DNA from: Bacteroidota bacterium
Lineage (GTDB): Bacteria; Bacteroidota; Ignavibacteria; UBA10030; BY39
Direction: 5' to 3'
DNA: 64,000 nt
Assembly (NCBI GenBank): GCA_030682385.1
Contig: JAUXOG010000085.1
Location: forward strand, 696 to 64,695
The position numbers and the translations under genes are program-made. Shown here one piece after another: positions 57,528-64,000 of this stretch (position 1 is the stretch's first letter; every line of letters begins with the position of its first letter). The notes beneath the pieces are model-generated. The model was not told where the DNA came from, searched no databases, and saw nothing but the letters and a program-made list of their open reading frames with translations.

Positions 57528-60200
57528 TTAATTGTAATTAATCGTTAAACCTATCTCAATCCTGCGCGGTGGATAGAAACGAGTCGGGTTTGCTAACAAA
57601 GCCCGGTCGCCAATTGTATTGAGAGAATAATCGGGATTGCCCGTATCGCCGAATACAAAACCGTTTGCGAATCTCGAATCGAACAAGTTAAAAACTCTGA
57701 TAAATGTGCTGACAGGAAACCCAGCGAAGGTAAAATATTTTTCACCGCGTAAATCTACAATTAAATGGCTGGGTTTTCGACCTGAGTTCGCTTCGAGTCC
57801 CTGACCGAATCCTGCACCGATAGCTGGCGTGTATGGTTGCCCACTACCAAATCGTGAAACAGCGCTGAAAGAAAAATTCTTAGGATCCTGCAACATAACT
57901 GTGAGATTTAAAGTGTTCCGCTGATCCCAATTAAGTGGAACTTGTCTGGGTCTCGGATCTTCGCCTGCAGAAGCTCTTGTAGCGGTCTCTCTTGGGTCGC
58001 TGGAATTTCCCTGCGCCATTTGCCAGGTATAATCTAATGATGTGCTTAAAAGTCCAATTCTTCGTTGATCTAAAGAAAGAGTAAACCCTATTACATTTCC
58101 GAAATCAACATTAGTTAAGCGGGCATATTCTGCGGCAGTATAAGTGGAGATGAATTCTACACCGAGTAGGTCTCTGATGTCTTTGTAGAACACACTGATG
58201 TCCATACCAAGGAAGTCGGTTAATTCGTGTTTGTAACCAAATTCATATTGAATTGTTCGTTCGGGTTTTATATCTGGATTTCCGAGCACGCCGTAGCTGA
58301 TTCCACCCGCTTGTAATTCTTTTAAAATTGTGTAATCGGAATTAGTAAATATTTGTCCCAACCCCGGCAACTGATAGAAATGTCCATAAGCAAAAAAGAG
58401 AGCAGACCGTGTTGTTATCGGATACGACACGCCCAACCGTGGTGCAACTGTGATTTTTTTTGTTGCTTTTATTGGATATGATTTTGGTGCACCTGCGATA
58501 TTATTTGCCGGGTTTTGCAAATCGCTTGGGATAGTTGCGCGCGAGTCGAAATATTCCGAACGAGCGCCAAACCTGAGTGTAAGGTCCTGCCATTCAATTT
58601 GATCTTGTGCATAAGCCGAGATCGATATAGGACGATAAGTCGAGATACCAGGATATTCCGGCGGTTGAGAGAGTTTAGGCCTCAGCACCATTACTCCACC
58701 TTCGGTAGTTTGCAAAATATATCCGGGTGATCCAAACTCAACATCCGAATACTGCAACTCAACTCCAGCTTTCAGTTGGTGGTCGCGTGTTACCTGACTT
58801 GTAACGGATGCCTTTATTACATAAGTGTTTGTTTGTTGCATGAAGCGACTTAAATCGACTCCTTGCACAACTGCACCTAACTCGTACGTCCCATCCGATT
58901 GTGGCGGTCCCGCATCAATATAGCGCGGGTCGAAAACATCTTCATAGACAAAGTCAGTATATTTAAAATAATTTTGCCGAACGCCTATGTTGTAGAATGT
59001 TGAATTAGAAAGTGTGTGGGTAACATCAATGCCGTGCACAAGCGAAATTGTCCTCTGCGTAGGAGTACCCTCAGGGTTTAGCCGCCAAGCAAAATTTGTA
59101 CGCTTTGCTTCAATAGAATTTAGAATCGCTTGATAACCTATTTCAATATGTGCTACGGGTTTATTTGTAATTTTAGCAAGACCCGACCATTCATTCGAGT
59201 ATCCTAATGGTACATCTTTTTGATCGCCTGTCGGTTTAAAAATCTTTTTTTCAAAATCGGAACTATCAGTTGGCGTAAAACGCCGTGTTCCGTAAAAGTA
59301 ATCATTACTAATAGACCGACGAGCATTGAATAAGAAATAGGTCTTTGGGAGAGGCGTCGGTCCACTGACTGCTATTTGGTAATTTTGAATTGAGAAAGGT
59401 CTGAGTTTGTAATTTATTAGTCGTTTGGTACTACCGGGATACAGAAAATCACCGGTATATAGTTCTGCATTCCATTTAAAATCTTCGGTTCCACTTTTAA
59501 GCACAGCATTTACAACTCCACTCATCGCTTGACCGTACTCCGCATCAAACGTACCGCTGATTACTTGGACTTCTTGTAACAATGAACGGTCGAGCCGCAG
59601 TATTGAAGTGTTATCAAACGAGTTATTAACCGTTACACCGTTTACCTGGTATTGGACTTCACCCTGTCTTCCACCGCGGAAGTGTCCGTCTACAACGCCT
59701 GCTTGTAGATTTACAATATCTCGAATTTCTTGAACCGGTAACATCTGGATATCATCGCTGGAAAGCGAAACCATAGAACTTGTCAAATTGATATCGACAA
59801 TCGGTCTTGTAGCAGTTACTATTACAGTTTTTTGTTCGAGCACGGTTTCTTCAAGTGCAGCACCCAATTTCGTCGTCTGATCAGTAGTTATCAGAACATC
59901 CTGGACTATTAGGGTTTGATAACCGACCAAACTAAATTGAATTTTGTATTTACCCGGCGGGATATTAATGACATTATAATAACCATCAATGTCGCTTGAA
60001 GCGCCGAGAGAGGTGCCTACGATTTGAATGTTGGCACTTGGCAGCGGTTCATTAACTTGACTGACAACCCGGCCCGAAAGTTTTCCGGTAGTCCCTCCGT
60101 TCAGATTACTTGAGAAAAAAATAAGTAGCATAAATGGAATAACTAACAAAAAATAAAGATTCGTTCTTAAAAACTTGAAACTGGTTTGCATAATTTTCAA
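57528..60200 (-). CDS. TonB-dependent receptor
   Basis: GTTGKLSGRV..ASSDIDGYY, plug HFRGGRQGEVQYQVNG, SGTFDAEYGQAMSGVVN, NPDIKPERTIQYE, PPRRIEIGLTINYN. Confidence 0.92.
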   Translation of the reverse strand: MKIMQTSFKFLRTNLYFLLVIPFMLLIFFSSNLNGGTTGKLSGRVVSQVNEPLPSANIQIVGTSLGASSDIDGYYNVINIPPGKYKIQFSLVGYQTLIVQDVLITTDQTTKLGAALEETVLEQKTVIVTATRPIVDINLTSSMVSLSSDDIQMLPVQEIRDIVNLQAGVVDGHFRGGRQGEVQYQVNGVTVNNSFDNTSILRLDRSLLQEVQVISGTFDAEYGQAMSGVVNAVLKSGTEDFKWNAELYTGDFLYPGSTKRLINYKLRPFSIQNYQIAVSGPTPLPKTYFLFNARRSISNDYFYGTRRFTPTDSSDFEKKIFKPTGDQKDVPLGYSNEWSGLAKITNKPVAHIEIGYQAILNSIEAKRTNFAWRLNPEGTPTQRTISLVHGIDVTHTLSNSTFYNIGVRQNYFKYTDFVYEDVFDPRYIDAGPPQSDGTYELGAVVQGVDLSRFMQQTNTYVIKASVTSQVTRDHQLKAGVELQYSDVEFGSPGYILQTTEGGVMVLRPKLSQPPEYPGISTYRPISISAYAQDQIEWQDLTLRFGARSEYFDSRATIPSDLQNPANNIAGAPKSYPIKATKKITVAPRLGVSYPITTRSALFFAYGHFYQLPGLGQIFTNSDYTILKELQAGGISYGVLGNPDIKPERTIQYEFGYKHELTDFLGMDISVFYKDIRDLLGVEFISTYTAAEYARLTNVDFGNVIGFTLSLDQRRIGLLSTSLDYTWQMAQGNSSDPRETATRASAGEDPRPRQVPLNWDQRNTLNLTVMLQDPKNFSFSAVSRFGSGQPYTPAIGAGFGQGLEANSGRKPSHLIVDLRGEKYFTFAGFPVSTFIRVFNLFDSRFANGFVFGDTGNPDYSLNTIGDRALLANPTRFYPPRRIEIGLTINYN

Positions 60201-60226
60201 ATTTTAAAATGGATTAAAAATGAAAT

Positions 60227-60250
60227 GGGGGAGAAAACACTTTCTCCCCC
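60227..60250 (-). terminator. Intercistronic hairpin (terminator or mRNA stabiliser)
   Basis: Perfect 10-bp stem GGGGGAGAAA-ACAC-TTTCTCCCCC; on the minus strand followed by an interrupted U-tract (ATTTCATTTTT). Confidence 0.6.
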
Positions 60251-60264
60251 AAAATTCATCAGAA

Positions 60265-62154
60265 TTATTTCAATAAAACCATCTTGCTGAATTGTGTGAA
60301 TAATATTTGGTTACTCTGTGGATTATTCATCTGTAGTCGATACAAATAAACCCCCGAACTTAAACCTTCAGAATTGAACTGAACCAGATGTGTACCAGTT
60401 GTTCTGTAACCTAAAGTTTGAGTAATAACATTTCTACCCAAGACGTCATATACTTTCAATAGCACATCACCCGCCCCATGTGTAGTGAATTTAATTGCCG
60501 TTGATGGATTGAAGGGATTTGGATAATTACCGAGCAGTGTAAATGTTGTGGGAAATCTATTTCTTAGCTCATCATCAACTTTAGTTATAAGAGCCAAAGG
60601 ATCCATATATGCCCAGACAGGTCCAGCTGCACCGCCGTGTTCTCGGAAGAACCAAGTACGAGTTCCATAATTATCCGTAACACTTGCAAATGAGTCACCG
60701 TCGAAAAGTGTAATACCAAAGAATAATATCCTATCACCTAATCCCGAGGGATAACCGAGCTTGGTTAAATCGATAGCAAGTTCTATTGTGTAACCGGAAT
60801 CTTCATCGTTATAATCGTTGATAGTTGTGCCGCCTTTCATTTTAATATCTGCCCATGCACCCATTAAGGTATCCATTAAATATGGTAAATACCCTTCCGC
60901 TATAATCTTACCTGTCGAATCAAAACGAATAGTTAATTCTCGTGGTAGCTGGATTTTATCAAGTACATCAATTGCTCCTCTATCATTAATCGAAAACCTG
61001 ATTCCATCCCACTGGTCAAAATTGTTAATTGACCATACAGCTAAGTCACGCACATCAACACCGAAGTATAATGTATCGTCTCGGAAGAAATATTTAACCG
61101 TTGCATCAGCAGGGTCAAGAACCTGAGCTTTAATTCCACCTAATGAGGGTTGGAATTGTCCGCTGCGGTAAGGACCTATACCCGGATATAACTCGCGAAG
61201 TGCATCATCACCATATCGAATATCTAAACTTGGTGCGTACTTCCAGACCTCTTCCGACAAATAGCCATCGATAATCGGGGCAGAATAATTCACGCCGTTT
61301 TTAACAACGATTTCAGGCCCAATAATAGGTATTGGATCGGTATTAACAGTAACATCGGGCTTTGCATAAATACGCACTACGTTATAAGCGTTTGCGTTAC
61401 CCCATGGACCTTGCCACCATACTCTGTTACCACTAAACTTAGCGGCGTTAAAGGGCCATTGCCAGTCGGCATCATAAATTGAAATGTTAAATTCAATGAT
61501 ATCGCCTTGTGGGCGTTTAACGTTGTAACCTCGTGGAATTAAATTGAAGCAGAGTTCCATTACGTATCCAGTGTCTGGTATAATTATTCCACCGGCACCT
61601 GTATCTTTATTTGCAATGCCATGCACGGTAGTTGCCGCGTTCCAAACAGTTCGGTCGGTAGATGCCCAACCCATAAAGCACGGTTCGGCACCCACATCTC
61701 CACCTGATGGTCCACAACCCCACGACTCAGTAACCCAACCATAAAAATACTCGAAAACCGGCGCGGGTCTATCAGGACTTGCATGATTACGCATATTCAT
61801 CAGAAGACCATCGAATTTATTGTACAGACCACCGCCTACAGAACTATCGCGCGCAATTACAGCCATATACAACGAATCTCCTCTGACTAAAAATTTTAAC
61901 GTAGCTTTTGTGGAATCAGATGCCGTAACACCTGATTCAGATTTCCATCCGCTCCCGGGCATACCTGCACTTTGACCGAATACAACCAGCACTGATTCAG
62001 CAACCGACCAAGCTGGCTCACTCAGTTTTCCATCGAGTGTAATCGCCCCTTGTGTAACCGTGCGCGCCCAAATAGCGTCTGTCCTTTTAATCATTTGAGC
62101 TGATGTTAGTGTAACCACAAATGATAACAAGAATAATATTTTAAATATTTTCAT
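60265..62154 (-). CDS. T9SS cargo with two CBM9/DOMON-like sugar-binding domains
   Basis: Signal peptide; ITLDGKLSEPAW and PIIDGYLSEEVW domain starts, each with a GY.(M/I)EL strand; GNYPNPFNPST...KMVLLK; AAGGAG SD. Confidence 0.72.
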   Translation of the reverse strand: MKIFKILFLLSFVVTLTSAQMIKRTDAIWARTVTQGAITLDGKLSEPAWSVAESVLVVFGQSAGMPGSGWKSESGVTASDSTKATLKFLVRGDSLYMAVIARDSSVGGGLYNKFDGLLMNMRNHASPDRPAPVFEYFYGWVTESWGCGPSGGDVGAEPCFMGWASTDRTVWNAATTVHGIANKDTGAGGIIIPDTGYVMELCFNLIPRGYNVKRPQGDIIEFNISIYDADWQWPFNAAKFSGNRVWWQGPWGNANAYNVVRIYAKPDVTVNTDPIPIIGPEIVVKNGVNYSAPIIDGYLSEEVWKYAPSLDIRYGDDALRELYPGIGPYRSGQFQPSLGGIKAQVLDPADATVKYFFRDDTLYFGVDVRDLAVWSINNFDQWDGIRFSINDRGAIDVLDKIQLPRELTIRFDSTGKIIAEGYLPYLMDTLMGAWADIKMKGGTTINDYNDEDSGYTIELAIDLTKLGYPSGLGDRILFFGITLFDGDSFASVTDNYGTRTWFFREHGGAAGPVWAYMDPLALITKVDDELRNRFPTTFTLLGNYPNPFNPSTAIKFTTHGAGDVLLKVYDVLGRNVITQTLGYRTTGTHLVQFNSEGLSSGVYLYRLQMNNPQSNQILFTQFSKMVLLK

Positions 62155-62180
62155 ATTATGATCTCCTTTCTCATATTTTA

Positions 62181-62213
62181 TTTGATGGGATAACCGAGAT
62201 TACCCCATCAAAA
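62181..62213 (-). other. Intercistronic stem-loop without U-tract
   Basis: Minus strand TTTGATGGGGTAA-TCTCGG-TTATCCCATCAAA (13 bp, one G-U pair), just upstream of the next gene's SD. Confidence 0.6.
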
Positions 62214-62253
62214 ATTATTGTTATAAAATAACTTCTCCTCTTGTCATTTGATA

Positions 62254-64000
62254 CTATTTTATGATGACCATTTTCTTCACTTCGGTATATGTTCCCGCTT
62301 GTCCCGAAGGGATGGCGTTCGCCATAAGTCGGTAGAAATACAAACCGCTCGATAATCCGCCTTTGGCAGACGATGCATTGAAATTCACCGAATAATAACC
62401 CTGTGGCTGTTCCTCATTTACCAATGTTGCAATCTCCTGTCCGAGTGTGTTAAATACTTTCAAAGAAACGACTGAGCGTGAAGGAAGTGCATACTTAATC
62501 GTAGTCGATGGATTGAATGGGTTCGGATAGTTTTGAGAAAGTGTAAAACTCGATGGAACTCCTTCTCTGTCATCAACATTTACAGTTGGTGATAGATAGA
62601 TTTTTCTCATCACATTACCCCATTCACTTCCCCACCACGTTTTGTGATATGCTCGACTGTCAGGACCGACCCATGGCTGCGTGTTAAAATGATAACCATC
62701 GGGATCAAATATATTAATCATGACATCTAATGAATCAACACTCGATGTAAACCCGAGTGAATCTAACTTTATTTCTAATTCGAGTGTGTAACCGTTATCC
62801 ATTTGAGTGGTATCGTATGGAATTGTGCCGCTTGTTACAAGACCTATACCTTTCCCGTAAGTAACCGGAATGCCACCTGTTTCGTAAACTGCGCTATCAG
62901 CGCTCGCCGTACCGTATCTGCCAGGCGCATTGTAAAAAAGTTTGAATTCCTTCTCTTGTCCGGCTGCATTTTTTATCTTCATAAACAGTCCATCGCCTTC
63001 CCAACTATCTCCGAAGCTACCGACAGAATTATCTTTTGATTCGATACCGAGGAAAAGACTCATTCCTTTTCGTAAAAACTTTACGGTCGCATAGCTCGGA
63101 TCCCAATAAGCACCTCGGACAAGAACGCCGCCAGTTACCGATTTTTCATCAACTGTAACCGCCGGATTCGGACCGAATTTGAGATACGGTTTTGCATAAC
63201 TCCAATCGGGTTCATCCATTTTTCCGTCAACTACAATGCTTCCTAAAGATGCTTTCGCCAACATAGTTGGAGGATCATCGTACGCACGCTGTGGTTCAAG
63301 GTAAATTTTTCTGTTCGTCGGTCCCCATTCATTCCCCCACCATGTTTTGTGAAAAGCTCGACTGTCAGGTCCAACCCATGGCTGCGCATCAGAATGATAA
63401 CCATCGGGATCAAAAATATTGATCATGACATCTAATGAATCAACACTCGATGTAAATCCGAGTGAATCTAACTTTATTTCTAATTCGAGTGTGTAACCGT
63501 TATCCATTTGGGTGGTGTCGTACGGAATTGTGCCACTTGTTACAAGACCTATACCTGTCCCGTAAGTAACCGGAATGCCACCTGTTTCGTAAACTGCACT
63601 ATCAGCGCTCGCCGTACCGTATCTGCCAGGTGCATTGTAATACAATTTGAATTCTTTATCTTGTCCGGCTGCATTCTTTATCTTCATAAACAGTCCATCG
63701 CCTTCCCAACTATCACCGAAGCTGCCAACAGAATTATCTTTTGATTCGATGCCCAGGAAAAGGCTCATTCCTTTTCGTAGAAACTTTATAGTAGCATAGC
63801 TCGGATCCCAATAAGCACCACGGACAAGAACGCCTCCTGTTACCGACTTTTCATCAAATGTAACTGCCGGGTTCGGACCGAATTTGAGATACGGTTTTGC
63901 TAAACTCCACTCCGGTTCATTCATTTTTCCGTCAACTACGATGCTTCCTACCGACGCTTTTGCTGTCATTACGGGCGGATCGTCATATGGTCGGTTTGGC
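62254..64000 (-). CDS. T9SS cargo with tandem CBM9/DOMON-like repeats, 5' end beyond the window
   Basis: Frame stays open past the track start (63969) to the edge (...PNRPYDDPPV-M); repeated IVVDGKM.EP.W domains; QNYPNPFNPST...KMVIIK. Confidence 0.78.
   Translation of the reverse strand, partial: PNRPYDDPPVMTAKASVGSIVVDGKMNEPEWSLAKPYLKFGPNPAVTFDEKSVTGGVLVRGAYWDPSYATIKFLRKGMSLFLGIESKDNSVGSFGDSWEGDGLFMKIKNAAGQDKEFKLYYNAPGRYGTASADSAVYETGGIPVTYGTGIGLVTSGTIPYDTTQMDNGYTLELEIKLDSLGFTSSVDSLDVMINIFDPDGYHSDAQPWVGPDSRAFHKTWWGNEWGPTNRKIYLEPQRAYDDPPTMLAKASLGSIVVDGKMDEPDWSYAKPYLKFGPNPAVTVDEKSVTGGVLVRGAYWDPSYATVKFLRKGMSLFLGIESKDNSVGSFGDSWEGDGLFMKIKNAAGQEKEFKLFYNAPGRYGTASADSAVYETGGIPVTYGKGIGLVTSGTIPYDTTQMDNGYTLELEIKLDSLGFTSSVDSLDVMINIFDPDGYHFNTQPWVGPDSRAYHKTWWGSEWGNVMRKIYLSPTVNVDDREGVPSSFTLSQNYPNPFNPSTTIKYALPSRSVVSLKVFNTLGQEIATLVNEEQPQGYYSVNFNASSAKGGLSSGLYFYRLMANAIPSGQAGTYTEVKKMVIIK
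62593..64000 (-). repeat. Intragenic tandem repeat, 705-bp (235-aa) unit
   Basis: Landmarks recur at +705 (gagatacggt 63181/63886; ccgtcaacta 63224/63929); about 20 amino-acid differences over about 228 residues by hand count. Confidence 0.92.

Noticed and set aside
1-64000. Numerous short opposite-strand or nested ORFs in the track (for example 5012-5353 +, 32876-33169 +, 36972-37403 +, 44731-45285 +, 56444-56944 +)
   Set aside because: They lie antisense to or inside well-supported genes, show no recognisable motifs and read as shadow frames.
38736-64000. Glycan locus as a genomic island integrated at tRNA-Glu
   Set aside because: It abuts the tRNA 3' end, but no integrase and no duplicated tRNA 3' fragment are visible; the far boundary is outside the window.

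Overview
AT-rich bacterial chromosome segment, almost entirely coded on the minus strand. The short Bacteroidota/Chlorobi-type sigma70, repeated QNYPNPFNP...K type IX secretion (T9SS) sorting domains and a PorV-like gene suggest an Ignavibacteria-like FCB organism (inference). Three blocks. (1) 1-22 kb, a phosphate-starvation region: secreted EEP nuclease, ECF sigma/anti-sigma, porin-pstSCAB-phoU, a TonB receptor with a T9SS partner, PAP2 phosphatase, a truncated porin duplicate and phoB-phoR, with three near-identical 11-bp-periodic Pho-box promoters. It is interrupted by a plus-strand methyltransferase/UDG-like/dinB trio and an AbrB-Doc toxin-antitoxin pair. (2) 22-38.8 kb, housekeeping genes (fmt, def, rpoD, deoB, ndk, sucD, tatA, purQ, purS, pssA, psd, tRNA-Gln, tRNA-Glu) with several oddities: two microcompartment pentamer genes without hexamers, a degenerate PurC, a degenerate GGDEF protein, SucD with a histone-like tail, a small Zn-ribbon protein, HicAB and a nucleotidyltransferase pair. 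(3) 38.9-64 kb, a SusD-less glycan-utilisation locus: T9SS cargo with CBM9-like domains, TonB receptor, a 1089-aa protein with an atypical C-terminal domain, a PorV-like barrel, GH94, two GH144-like enzymes, an uncharacterised discoidin-(alpha/alpha)6 enzyme, GH2 and an ABC importer lacking its ATPase. No CRISPR array, rRNA, transposase or integrase is visible. All family calls are by motif recognition only; no database searches were run.
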